Source: Mayamaea pseudoterrestris (Eukaryota). From it: DNA of 64,000 bases. This document shows, piece by piece, positions 11,987-22,558 of the stretch. The translations under genes were made by a program, and so were the position numbers. The stretch lies in NCBI GenBank assembly GCA_027923505.1, contig BROI01000001.1, positions 1,984,001-2,048,000 on the forward strand. Direction: 5' to 3'. The notes beneath the pieces are model-generated. The model saw nothing but the letters and a program-made list of their open reading frames with translations, was not told the DNA's origin and searched no databases. Each line of letters begins with the position of its first letter. Position 1 is the stretch's first letter.

Positions 11987-12925
11987 ATGCCTCCGCGCCC
12001 TCGCACCAAGCTTTCAAACTGCTATCCGCTTCTCCCGCTACCTAGCCATGCTTTAAATTCTCGCCAAAGTATAATAAAATCGCGCGACGGCGGCGATGGA
12101 ACAAAGCGATCATCAAACGAACTTCGACGACTCTATCTAGAATCGGGAACAACTGATGCAAACGCACATCAAACACCAGCAACCCTCACGGAAGGTCCAA
12201 CCGGTGTATCACTCGTGGAACTTGGACATACCAAGGTGGTTTGTCATGTTGTTTTGGCGCCGTCAAGCATCAGTGACGACTACTCCAGCGAATCACCAAT
12301 CACTTGCACGGTCCAGTATGCTCCCTTTGCGTTTCCCGTCGATCAACTCGTGGCGGAAACGACGACTGCCGTTGGATCAGCCGACGTTTCCGGAACGACG
12401 CGCCTGCTGCGATCGACGCTGCAGATGCGACAGAATGAACTGTCTAACAAGTTGACAACGGCCATGAATACGACCGTGCCATGGCCGCCACTCAGTAGTG
12501 ACACTGCGCCATTGACAGCGAGCGCGCTAATGGTTCGCTTTGTCATTCTGCAGGATGACGGAGGCGTCTTGGCTGCCTGTTTGACGGCGGCAAGCTTGGC
12601 GCTGGCCGACGCTTGCATTGAGCAGTACGATGTCTTGGTGTGTGGCAGCGTGGCATGTATGCGCGGCAATAGTAGTAACAGTGCTACCAATACGAACGAC
12701 AAGTCTGTTTCCATGACTTATTTGGCTGACCCAGACTGGCGGGAAATGGCAGCCGCCGACGCTACCATGACGCTAGCCATGTTGCCAAATTTGAAGCAGG
12801 TGGTGCTGTGGGAGCAGGCGGGCAGCTTGACTCTAGGGGACGCCAACCAAGCCATGGAGACTTGCCGAAGCGCATGTCGCACCATGCACAAGTTTTTGAG
12901 GCAGCATTGGATAGATAAGGCATAG
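11987..12925 (+). CDS. RNA exosome RNase PH-ring subunit (MTR3/RRP41-like)
   Basis: RDG..R..ELR, GVSLVELGHTKVVC, QDDGGVLAACLTAASLALADACI and YLADPD..E motifs of the RNase PH fold. Confidence 0.85.
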   Translation: MPPRPRTKLSNCYPLLPLPSHALNSRQSIIKSRDGGDGTKRSSNELRRLYLESGTTDANAHQTPATLTEGPTGVSLVELGHTKVVCHVVLAPSSISDDYSSESPITCTVQYAPFAFPVDQLVAETTTAVGSADVSGTTRLLRSTLQMRQNELSNKLTTAMNTTVPWPPLSSDTAPLTASALMVRFVILQDDGGVLAACLTAASLALADACIEQYDVLVCGSVACMRGNSSNSATNTNDKSVSMTYLADPDWREMAAADATMTLAMLPNLKQVVLWEQAGSLTLGDANQAMETCRSACRTMHKFLRQHWIDKA

Positions 12926-12960
12926 TAAATACAATATACAGCAACCCGTTGAATAGTTAT

Positions 12961-14094
12961 TTACAGTAACTTTGCTAGTAGTTTCGTCTTTAGTTGCTCC
13001 TGACGCAGTTTCCAGTACTTTTTGCGAATCAAATCTTGTCGTTCAAGCTGCTCCAGCAACGGCATGGCTTGCTCCAAGTCTGCTGGCGTCGCACGAAGCT
13101 CGAGCAAGTCGACCAGTGTCGACAGGAGGTGGTTGCACTGCGCGTAGCGATCCGACTGCTGCAGCGCCTTTAGTCGCTGCAGCATGTTTTCGGCCAGACT
13201 ATGAGAGGCGACATTGCTTACGGAAGCTTCCTCCTTGATCAACGCCACCAGAAAGCGCCAAGGAGACTCGTTGAACTCGTCGAACATGGCTTGCGCGAGC
13301 GCATATTCGGCCAGTTCCAGTGCGCCGGTTGCTGGTGCAAGAGACTTGTGCATGACGAAATCTTCACCAGTGCTGATATGACTCAGATACCAAAGATAGT
13401 TCCATGCCGAATTGTTGCGGATATCAGTGTCAATGAGCGACTTGCCGTAAACCATTTCGGCGGAAATGATTGATTTGGTAGCAGACTCGTTGCCATTGGT
13501 GAGACGAATCAAAGTCTGAACGACCCACTGCCGGTAGCTCCACGCGTGGTAGTTCTTGGCATCATGGTTCAAAACGGAATAAATGTAGTCGAGCTCGGAT
13601 GGCCCAAAGCGCATGGAGATTTCGTCGCAACATTCAGCTTGATGCAACAGACGCTCCATCATGGCGCGGCGATGGTGCCAGACTTGGTAATTCTTGGGGT
13701 TTTCGCCTCCGAGGCGAGCGGCGAGGAGTAATTCGTCAGAGATCATGGTTGTTAATGTTCTTGAAGAGTCGGCAGCTGCATCGCTGCTCTTCTCCTCGCC
13801 GTCACTCAAGCGGCAATGATACTTTTCATCAAGACACTGTCGTCGGTACTGCCAGACTGTATAATTAGCAGGATTCAACTGCAAGCAAGTGACTGTCAGT
13901 TGCAAAACCCGATCCGAATGTTCATTCACCTTCCAGACGGCTCGCATATAGTCATGAGCCGTCCGAAAGGATTCCTTGTAGTCAATGCAACAAACGGCGT
14001 TTTCGTCGTCCTGCGGCACTGGCTCCAAATCAGAAAATACCTCTGGAAGCTGAGCTACTAACAATGAAGAGCAAATGTTTGGTTGCGATGACAT
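12961..14094 (-). CDS. FNTA: Protein farnesyltransferase / geranylgeranyltransferase-I alpha subunit
   Basis: PPTA repeats NPANYTVWQYRR, PKNYQVWHHRR, AKNYHAWSYRQW, IRNNSAWNY and NESPWRFL; C-terminal DLIRKKYW; N-terminal DLEPVPQDD. Confidence 0.93.
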   Translation of the reverse strand: MSSQPNICSSLLVAQLPEVFSDLEPVPQDDENAVCCIDYKESFRTAHDYMRAVWKVNEHSDRVLQLTVTCLQLNPANYTVWQYRRQCLDEKYHCRLSDGEEKSSDAAADSSRTLTTMISDELLLAARLGGENPKNYQVWHHRRAMMERLLHQAECCDEISMRFGPSELDYIYSVLNHDAKNYHAWSYRQWVVQTLIRLTNGNESATKSIISAEMVYGKSLIDTDIRNNSAWNYLWYLSHISTGEDFVMHKSLAPATGALELAEYALAQAMFDEFNESPWRFLVALIKEEASVSNVASHSLAENMLQRLKALQQSDRYAQCNHLLSTLVDLLELRATPADLEQAMPLLEQLERQDLIRKKYWKLRQEQLKTKLLAKLL

Positions 14095-14329
14095 GGCTAG
14101 TCTTTAGGTTGCGAGTAGGTAGCACAATACTATCGAGACTTCATGCAAAAATCTCATGGTGTAGATGCGAGAGGTGTCGCGCGAGGAGTTTTGCATGTCG
14201 CATCGGTTTGTTTAAAACCGCTGCGATGTCAGCCAGCCGCCTCTCGTTTGAACGTTTCGCTCACCATGGCGAGACAATCCTTGCAGACTGCTCTCTTCGG
14301 TGTTTTACCCTTTCCTCCTAATTACCTTC

Positions 14330-14974
14330 ATGCCTAGATTCTTCGACGACTACTCCGCTTCATATTTAACACATGACAGTTCCGCTGGTCGCAAGCAGCA
14401 ACGTCGGGGATGGAAGTTTCGAGAAAATTTCAAGCTGCACTACGAAAAGTTTATTGACGATTGGCGGCGCGGTCCCATGGGACTGGCATCGGCGCAGCAA
14501 GCCTTTCTGCGGGCGCGTGGAGCAGATGATCCAGCCGTGCCGCCTCTTCCAGAAGGATGGAAGGAGGAACTTGATCAAGTGACTGGAATATCATACTACG
14601 TTGATACTGCGACAGGTATTCGCACGTGGGTTCGTCCAGGATTCATTCCGCCGCCACCGGGGCGAGGACCGCCTCCTGGCGCGCACATTCAGCAGCGTGG
14701 TCCGCCGCCGCCACACATGATGCAGCCTCCGCCGCATTCTCAACAGCAGCAGCACCATCATCAGCTGCATGCTCCTCCACCGCCACACTTTCATCAGCCG
14801 CCTCCCATTCCGAATCAAAGCATGCCTCCGCCGCCGCTACCAGGTTATGGTGGAGCCAGTCTACCGCCGCCGCCGTTTCCAGGAGGTATTCCGCCATATG
14901 CAGCTGGACCGCCGCCGCCACCAACCAACCTTCCACCACCTCCTCCAGGCGGGCCGCCAGGTGCATATCAGTAG
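14330..14974 (+). CDS. SNRPC: U1 snRNP protein C homologue with degenerate zinc finger, WW domain and Pro-rich tail
   Basis: ATG at 14330 gives [38 protein letters not shown], colinear without gaps with the U1-C N-terminus (YLTHDS, RK, G.K..EN). WW domain [31 protein letters not shown], then poly-Pro. Confidence 0.85.
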   Translation: MPRFFDDYSASYLTHDSSAGRKQQRRGWKFRENFKLHYEKFIDDWRRGPMGLASAQQAFLRARGADDPAVPPLPEGWKEELDQVTGISYYVDTATGIRTWVRPGFIPPPPGRGPPPGAHIQQRGPPPPHMMQPPPHSQQQQHHHQLHAPPPPHFHQPPPIPNQSMPPPPLPGYGGASLPPPPFPGGIPPYAAGPPPPPTNLPPPPPGGPPGAYQ

Positions 14975-15098
14975 ACGTCAATGTAAGAAACGTTTATTGT
15001 TCATGTTATAGGCACATATAAAGTGGCAATTATTAGTTGCATAAGCTACGATACTCCTTTAGAAAGACGGTAAGGTTCATTAGGTCTGGTACGCCATA

Positions 15099-16568
15099 TC
15101 AATGGTGTGAGTAGGATTGCTGTCGCTGTCCATATTGGTAGTACGATGGCTGCTGCTGATATTGGTGGCTCTGCATGGAAACTGCTCCAACTCCACATCC
15201 GATTGACGGAGGATTGCAAGCTGAACTATCATGCATTACCATTGTTCCCGCGTGCGCCGCGGCTGGATGAAAGGCATGCGTCCGCATCACCTCCTTGGTG
15301 GGTCTTGGCTTTGGGCCGACGCGTGTTTGAATGTCAGCCAGCGTTGCACAACTGCCAAGGTAACCGGTGCGGGCGGGACAAGGCTTGCTGCGCACCATTG
15401 CGCCTTGATGCTTTAAGCGAGTCTTTTTCGCTTGCTCCGGAGTCTGCATTGTTTCGGTAATGTCGTCGACGTTAACCAAGCTTTCTAATGCGCGCTCCAA
15501 CTCCGTCTTCGGTGATTGATCACAATTCATCTCCTTTTCCAAATCGGACAGTGAGAGAGGAGCCATGGTCAGCATGGTTTGAGGCTGCTGCGATGGAAAC
15601 AGTGGCGAGTGGTCTGGTGATATGACCATTGTTGACGGAGGCTGCGCATAGTACATTGTCGTCTGCTGTGATGATTGTTGCGGGTACACTGATTGGTAGT
15701 TTTGAGAATTTGCCGACCTAACGTTGGTTTGATTTTGATAATCCGCGGGATGCTGCGGAGCACGGTAAGTGTGCGACTCATTAGCCAAGGAAAGAATGGG
15801 GAACGTTGGAGACGAACCCGTCTGGTAGTTATTTAAAGGCTCCAACGTCAGCTGTGTATACTTTGGGACCGACGTGATGTCGAATATACCATCGCTGATG
15901 AGATCTTGACCCATCAAATCTACTGGAGCATCGAGCAAGTCAACCGCCACGGCTGTGGGAGCCGCTGGCGTCATTGTTGCGTCTTGTTTATCAGTTGCAG
16001 ACGGTGCAGCATCATTGTTGTTGGACATTTGGCGCGACTCTGGCACACGCGGATCATGACTCACATCAGAGGAGGGCGGTAAAGCGAATGCATGATTTGC
16101 GAGCGTCGGTCCACCGACTAAACGCGTCGCGCGATCAGTTCCGAGCTCATAAATCTTGGGCATTTTGTATATGGAACAGCCATCCAACTGGAGGTCAAAC
16201 TGGTGGATCCCAGAACCACGGTTGACCGGTGGAAATGCATGTGCCATTACCTTGATAATATGACCACCATTCATGGTCCAAGTGCAGTCAAACGACGTTT
16301 CCGAGCGATTCCCGCGTGAGTAATGCACTTCCTGGCCATCGGCATGTACATACCGCTTGCCCGACACGAGCGACCAAACCAGTGTGACTTCATGTTCCTC
16401 TCCTCGCGCGTCTACACCGCAAAGTCCCTGCGCAATGGCAGTCTTGTTGGAAAAGCCAAACTTGAACTGAACCTTGCGCTTTGTGGCCGCCAACAACTTT
16501 CCCGTGGGGAGATTTTGGACGTCAATGTGATATACTGGATTGATGCGGAAATCATATTTTGGAGACAT
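15099..16568 (-). CDS. Hypothetical protein with N-terminal FAIM1-like beta domain and low-complexity Q/S/P tail
   Basis: 489-aa ORF; EHEVTLVWSLVSGKRYVHADGQEV...FDLQLDGCSI resembles FAIM (HKIEFEHGTTSGKRVVYVDGKE...YTLEINGKSL). Confidence 0.6.
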   Translation of the reverse strand: MSPKYDFRINPVYHIDVQNLPTGKLLAATKRKVQFKFGFSNKTAIAQGLCGVDARGEEHEVTLVWSLVSGKRYVHADGQEVHYSRGNRSETSFDCTWTMNGGHIIKVMAHAFPPVNRGSGIHQFDLQLDGCSIYKMPKIYELGTDRATRLVGGPTLANHAFALPPSSDVSHDPRVPESRQMSNNNDAAPSATDKQDATMTPAAPTAVAVDLLDAPVDLMGQDLISDGIFDITSVPKYTQLTLEPLNNYQTGSSPTFPILSLANESHTYRAPQHPADYQNQTNVRSANSQNYQSVYPQQSSQQTTMYYAQPPSTMVISPDHSPLFPSQQPQTMLTMAPLSLSDLEKEMNCDQSPKTELERALESLVNVDDITETMQTPEQAKKTRLKHQGAMVRSKPCPARTGYLGSCATLADIQTRVGPKPRPTKEVMRTHAFHPAAAHAGTMVMHDSSACNPPSIGCGVGAVSMQSHQYQQQPSYYQYGQRQQSYSHH

Positions 16569-16874
16569 GGTATGGCAGATATTGATGCAAGAGCTTGTTG
16601 GAGGATTGTAATGCGTTTCGCGCGTAAACTTTGGAAGCTTGTGGCCGGTGCAGCAAGTCCGTGCTCGTCGCTGTCAAAATCTCATTCGTGATGGGTTTGA
16701 ATTATTGTGCGAAGAGACATTGAGCATGAACGGTGCGCTACTCTGCGGCAAAAAAGAAGTGATGGGTTGCATACTACGATATTAGTAAAGTTACTGCTAA
16801 ATGATTGGCTTTTGAGAACATTTTGTACTACTACTAGTACATTGGTTGGTGAGACAACGCCATTCCGTACTATT

Positions 16875-17669
16875 CTACGGACCAGCCGCAATGAGTATTA
16901 AAATTGGTGCCAACACGGCTGCAACGCCCACCAAATACGCCGCCGGAAACAAGTCGCGGGCAAGCTGCTGCACTGCCAGCGCCACCAAGTAGATGGCCGC
17001 CGTGTAGAATGGAAAGATGGCCAAGTAGCTGCGCAGCTCCGTCACGTGAAGCGGATCGAGCTTGTCGCGCAAAAAGTCGTAGGCCAGCTGGTTACCCTCA
17101 CTCCACTGCCCTTGACTCAAATTATCTTTGCGTGACTGAATCACCGAAGCGACGAGTCGCTCCTTCTCCGACTCTGTCAGTAGCGTCAGGCCTGGATTGT
17201 AAATGCTTTGGTCCTCATCCGCAATGTAACCCCTATCCAGCTGGACTCCTTTGTAGTTGATAATACCTCCTACGCCACGTCCTTCTGTAATGATGGAACC
17301 AATGTTTTCGTAAGTCTTGAAGGTTTCTTCGATACTGCCGGTGGAGTCCTTGAGCGATTGGACAGCAGAGACGACAACGTCGCTTGCGTAGTCATCGGGG
17401 CTGAACGCGAGCGTTTCTTGCGGACTGGAAACTGCGAGTATGCCGGCAAATATGATACTTGGCAAAAAGCGGCTTGGAGAACAAGTGTCTGATACTTCTG
17501 TATTTTGTTGGGATCGAGACGACAAATAAAAAGTCCGTCGATAATGATGATGCGCTAGTGGATCATGTCGTGTAGAAGATGGTTCAAAAGTTGTTCGTGG
17601 CGAAAAGGCGACAGCAAAGGGTATCGCCAAAATTATCACTATAGAAGAATGCATATTATGGACTCTCAT
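16875..17669 (-). CDS. Predicted thylakoid membrane protein of unknown function
   Basis: Signal peptide ending AVAF, Ser/Arg-rich transit peptide, a second hydrophobic stretch ending ETLA-F (lumen-type cleavage) and two C-terminal TM helices. The true start may be the Met a few codons downstream. Confidence 0.7.
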   Translation of the reverse strand: MRVHNMHSSIVIILAIPFAVAFSPRTTFEPSSTRHDPLAHHHYRRTFYLSSRSQQNTEVSDTCSPSRFLPSIIFAGILAVSSPQETLAFSPDDYASDVVVSAVQSLKDSTGSIEETFKTYENIGSIITEGRGVGGIINYKGVQLDRGYIADEDQSIYNPGLTLLTESEKERLVASVIQSRKDNLSQGQWSEGNQLAYDFLRDKLDPLHVTELRSYLAIFPFYTAAIYLVALAVQQLARDLFPAAYLVGVAAVLAPILILIAAGP

Positions 17670-17916
17670 ATTCTAACGCAGTGCAAAGACGGTGCAAAGT
17701 GGCTCTCGTTTGATTGTTGATGCAAATCTTGTGGCAGCCTGATCGCTGATATCGTACCGGTACGACAAAAGTTGGATGACGTTTCCAGAATTCGGCGTCT
17801 TCGTCCTTCCGAAGCAGCAATTGTTCCGTCGTCTTGATGAGGGACGCTGAAAGAATCCTTTGTCCGGAAAGCAACTCCATTGAACCTATATAATAAATTT
17901 GGAAAGAGACAGGAAA

Positions 17917-19318
17917 ATGAGATGGATTGTATCTGGTAGCGTACTATTGTCGCTTACTGTGACTTTGCAGGCATTTGCTCCCCAGCGACGGACAAAGTTT
18001 GCGACGAGCCAAAGTCGTCGAATACGGCAGCAGCAACAGCCTCTCTATTTTGCCGACCGAGCGACGGATGCTGTATCAGAGTTGAAGGACAAAGTAGCAT
18101 CTATAACATTATCGACAAACGACGCTACCATATTGAATCAAAAACAGTTCGACATTGACTTGACATCCTCGTCACCATCACCAGCAGATTCAAAGAACAG
18201 TTTCCTTTCCGACGACTACAAGAAGGGCTTCGCCATTATCAGCTTGATTACACTCTTTAATGCATCAATCGCCCCAGTCTGGCACTATGTGTATGAAGGG
18301 AACCATTCTCCGCCGCCACTCTTTTTGAATGCCATTGTTTCCGCCGTTGCCTTTTTGGGTCTCGTTGCCTTTGCTCCCATCCTTGACAGCAAGGTGGACC
18401 GAGGCTCCAAGAATATGGCAGCCATCGGAGAAACCAAGTGGAGCAAAAAGAGCTTTCGCGGTGGCATGGAGTTGGGCTTATGGAAGGGACTGGGTAAGTG
18501 ATCAATGCAAGCAATACTCGTAGTTGACATGGCTGATGGAATAATGAATCGCTCATTCCTACATTCTCTCCACTTATCTAGGTACAACTTGTCACATTTA
18601 CGGAATGGCCTTGACTACAGCCAACCATGGGGCTTTTCTACTGCAGCTTACGACTCTTATAGTCCCTGTATTGCAAGGTCTTCGTGGAGCCGAAGTCATT
18701 CCACGTCGCGTGCAACTCGCCGTTGCCTTGGCATTGGCCGGCATTTTTGCCTTTACCCAGGACCCATCAGGAGTCAGCGATGTGCCGATTGACGCGGCGC
18801 AAATGCAAACGGGTGACTTGCTCGTCCTTGGTGCCGCCTTCTTTTACTCCTTGTACGACATTCAGACATACTACTGGGGCAAGGAGGTGCCGCGAACGGA
18901 GTTGGTCACCATCAAGGTTGGCTTTCAGGCGATTCTATCCTGCGCACTCTGCGCCATTGTCGGACGACAAGAGGTTTTGGAATATTTTGCAAATGCTCCA
19001 AACTATGCAGTGCTTGTTCCAACTATATTGTGGTCTGGTTTGATTGTGAATGCGCTCGCTACCTTTCTTCAAGTGGGAGGCATTCAAGCCGTCGGTCCGA
19101 CGCGGGCGCAAACTATTTTTGCTTCACAACCCTTGTGGGCCAGCATTATGGACTTTTTCTTCTTGGGTGAAACCATGGGACCACAAGGCTTTGTGGGTGG
19201 TGGCTCATTCTTGGGTGCGCTGTTCCTTGCTGCAACCAGCGACGATCCAGTTGATCCAGAAGGCAATGACAGCAAAAACAATTCCAAGATACTCGTTGAT
19301 GCGGCGAAAAAAAGTTGA
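17917..19318 (+). CDS. Plastid-targeted EamA/DMT-family transporter, intron 18494-18581
   Basis: Signal peptide ending LQAFAP. A GTAAGT..CTAG intron joins GMELGLWKGLG|TTCHIYGMALTTANHGAFL. About 10 TM helices with GDLLVLGAAFFYS and ASQPLWA..FFLGE EamA motifs. Confidence 0.88.
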
Positions 19319-19636
19319 GTCTGCCGACAAAAGTTTCTTGACCACGCTGCCAATTCGCCGGACGAGACTGGCTCTCGCTGTCCGGCGCAACAAATTCCAT
19401 TTTTCCCATCTACCATCCGCTTTCTCGCCTGGACTGTAACAACAGAATAAACATGGCAACAATTTAGTGCCCAGCAGTCTTTTTCAATTTTTACTTAGTT
19501 AAAACGACCTCGACTAGCGTATACGCACATGTTATACTCAACAACAAAGAGTCCAGTACGTGAAGTTATATTGCAACGTAGATATTACGTCGTTATCATG
19601 TAAAATATAAGTAGTTTCTTCGCCAGACCGCATCGA

Positions 19637-20794
19637 TTATCCTGTTGACTGTCCAAAAGGGTAAAAGGCGGGGGAGTCGGCCGTCAGGCTTGTCGCCTTG
19701 GGGTCGGTAGTTGTCGTGGCGGCAGAAGTTGTCGTTGCTTCTGCTCCTGCTGCGACGGGTATATTTGTAGCCGGAGGATAGTAGTAGCCTGCTGGGGCGG
19801 CTGCAGCCGTAAATATAGATGAAGGATACATGATAGAGGCCCCATCTTGCGATACAAACGGATAAGTCGGTGCACTGGTAGCTACAGCAGTAGCCGCCAC
19901 TGGAACGTACGGCGCTGGTGCGTAAACGGCGACTCCCCGTCGAAAGTCGGGATCAGCAGCCTCTTCAAGACGGTTCCGGTATATTGCCTTGTTTTCAATG
20001 TTTGTCGAAGAGGATGACAGCGTCGCTAAATTGCTTGACGATGAGTTTGGTGCCGTTTCAAAAGCGTCGGGGTCAGTAAACCAAGGCTGGCTAGTGGGAG
20101 TCTCTAGAAAGTTGCTCGCCGACTCATCGTCACCATCGTCATCTTCCGAACCAGGTCCAAAAATACGAGCCCGAGCTTCTTCGTAGGCTCGTTCCTTGTC
20201 AGTCAATGAACCTGAACTACGGTTCTGCTGCAACGACTTGGACTGCTTCGATGAAGCGGACGTATTCGAGTCCTTGCGCTTCATTAGCTTCATTTTTTGC
20301 GGTCGCTTGCCGCCATTCTCGCTCGGCAAGGAATTGGGAGCGTCCGCTTGCTGCTGCGTGTCGTAAACGCTAACGTCAACATTTTGTAGCAGCAAGGTTG
20401 GTATCCGCGAATCGGGAAGCTTGATGAGCCGAATAAAGCCATCAACCGTCACCCCATTTTCTCGAACAATATTGAAGCGATCAGCTAGCCGATGACAAAT
20501 ACATCGCTGAAAAGACGTAGCAGGCCGATAGTCTGGAGAAAGCATTGCTTGCTGCGTCACTGATGGGCCGATGATTATGGCATTTCCAAGCCCTCCCACT
20601 TCGAGCCAATCCGCCGCGCTATTGACAAAGTCAATGACTGATTGTTCCAATTTCAGCAAGCTCAGTCGCTCTCGCGGATCCCGCAGCGCCGCCTGCAGAG
20701 CAGAGTCAATTTCGGCATCATAATTGCTTGCTTTATTAAAGTTAGGCTCATCAAGAGGCGCTCCTTCTGTCGTAAATGTAGCCGGAGCTTCCAT
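19637..20794 (-). CDS. R3H and SUZ domain RNA-binding protein
   Basis: PRERLSLLKLEQ, SFQRCICHRLADRF (RxxxH), KMKLMKR...LTDKERAYEEARARIFG (SUZ), and a C-terminal LTADSPAFYP resembling PAM2. Confidence 0.88.
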   Translation of the reverse strand: MEAPATFTTEGAPLDEPNFNKASNYDAEIDSALQAALRDPRERLSLLKLEQSVIDFVNSAADWLEVGGLGNAIIIGPSVTQQAMLSPDYRPATSFQRCICHRLADRFNIVRENGVTVDGFIRLIKLPDSRIPTLLLQNVDVSVYDTQQQADAPNSLPSENGGKRPQKMKLMKRKDSNTSASSKQSKSLQQNRSSGSLTDKERAYEEARARIFGPGSEDDDGDDESASNFLETPTSQPWFTDPDAFETAPNSSSSNLATLSSSSTNIENKAIYRNRLEEAADPDFRRGVAVYAPAPYVPVAATAVATSAPTYPFVSQDGASIMYPSSIFTAAAAPAGYYYPPATNIPVAAGAEATTTSAATTTTDPKATSLTADSPAFYPFGQSTG

Positions 20795-21493
20795 GTTGTG
20801 CTAAAATGTGGTTTGATTGTCGGTTCTTTGATATACGATCTTGATTTGTACCCGCAAATTTCTTGTAGCAGAGGCTTCGCGGGTCAATCAGATAATACAA
20901 TCGCGCGCGTTCGGTAATAGTTTACTAACTGTAAAGACTTTAGCAGAGGAACGGCAAAAGTGACGTTCGACGCAAGTCGGCGCAGACGAACGTGCAATGG
21001 AGCGCTAATTGGCTCAGACGAAACTTTTTTGTTTTCCCTTAACTCTTACGCTCGATTCAGCGTTTCCTTGTGTCTACAATAAGCAAAAAGTTGGAGAAGA
21101 GGTTGCTCAAAGACTGGCTTGCGAGGACTTGCGCTTCTTGCATTGCGTGTGTTGTTCGCGCGTTTTGCAGCGCTCGAGGCAAAACCGGACGAAGGCTGGA
21201 CGCGTTGAGCTCGGCACGCGCGCGTCACATGAAATTCTGCATTTTAGCTACGTAGCAAGCCACAAGAAGCCAGTGCGAATTCAACAATCTGCGATATCCT
21301 TGAAGAATACCGGGCAATCCAACAATCTGCCGATGTTAGTGACCTACGGTAAGAATAATCGCATAAAGTTACTTTTAGCCACAAATGTATTGTGCATAAA
21401 GTGCGCATTCAGCATTCCAGGCGAACATTATTCAGTTTCGTTTCCCATCGAATGTTTCACAACTTCCCCATGCAACGATAACATGCGTAACGC

Positions 21494-22558
21494 TTAATAT
21501 CCTCGATACATCCGGGATGTAAATCTCAAACTTCGAACGAGAAGCTCGGATAGAACCCTTCCATTTTGGTTTCGAAGTGTCGGCATTGCCTCTTCCTTGA
21601 GCAGGTTGTCAATTTGATTTCTGTCACGAGTAAATGCATCAATACAACGCTCCTGCAGCGATGTAAGAGAGCTATCATCAGATCCAAATAAGAGACGCTC
21701 TGCCTCAATCAAGGAAAGTGCAACTTTGCCATCAATGTGAGGTAGGACGTCGGCATTCGTGAGTTTCTGAAAATTTTCCTGGTCAACTGGGACTGCACAA
21801 ACGAAAGCTGCAACGAGCTTACTAACATGACGACTCCATTTCACGTCACCATCTCGATAGATATTATATCGGCCGTCCCATCTATCGCCGCCATCGCGAT
21901 AGACGTTACGTTCAATGGGAGCGCCATTTTCAAGAACTTTGATCCAAAAGGATGTATCAGGAACATGAACGATTCGTGAACTCGTATCGATCCTCATGAT
22001 ATGTTCACGACATGCCTGGACTGCGGCCTGAAGAATCTCGTCTTGACTCAAAATGTGTGCGTGTTCATAGTAAGTACCGCATGTTTTCGCATTTTTTATG
22101 TCTTTCATCCAAAACTCCCGGACCGTCCATCGCAAATGTTTGAAACTAAAGTACTCCGACAGATAGTTAAGAGCTGTCGCATTTTCCGTCGTAAGCTTTG
22201 GCTTTGCATCGGCACTGTACAAGTAGTCGAGCAAGACAGGGAAAGCTTTGGCTATGAGTTCATGAAGCTCGATTGAACTCTTGCGAAGTTGAGCTTCCAT
22301 ATATTGCCCGCCCTTGAACAACTTAGCAAAATACATGCTTTTGCGTGGGCCGCCTGCGAGGAAGCACCTGTGAACATAATAAATATCTTTTTTGTTGCTC
22401 ACGACTCCACTTTCGTCCGTATGGTCGTATACAATCTCAATTTTCCAGTCACTCAAGCTTACTTCTGGAGCCATTCGCCAGCTCAACAAACCGCCGCCTG
22501 GAGGCTGAGTCGGCATGTCGCCTTCGTCGTCCGACAAGCTGCTTCCGTCGTCCGACAT
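21494..22558 (-). CDS. BTB/POZ domain protein
   Basis: SDWKIEI...YYVHRCFLAGGPRKSMYFAKLF...AFPVLLDYLY...ENATAL: BTB signature of the diatom-type family. Confidence 0.85.
   Translation of the reverse strand: MSDDGSSLSDDEGDMPTQPPGGGLLSWRMAPEVSLSDWKIEIVYDHTDESGVVSNKKDIYYVHRCFLAGGPRKSMYFAKLFKGGQYMEAQLRKSSIELHELIAKAFPVLLDYLYSADAKPKLTTENATALNYLSEYFSFKHLRWTVREFWMKDIKNAKTCGTYYEHAHILSQDEILQAAVQACREHIMRIDTSSRIVHVPDTSFWIKVLENGAPIERNVYRDGGDRWDGRYNIYRDGDVKWSRHVSKLVAAFVCAVPVDQENFQKLTNADVLPHIDGKVALSLIEAERLLFGSDDSSLTSLQERCIDAFTRDRNQIDNLLKEEAMPTLRNQNGRVLSELLVRSLRFTSRMYRGY

Noticed and set aside
21009..21497. 162-aa plus-strand ORF between the R3H and BTB genes
   Set aside because: Non-ATG start and no recognisable features; it overlaps the likely promoter of the R3H gene and the 3' region of the BTB gene.
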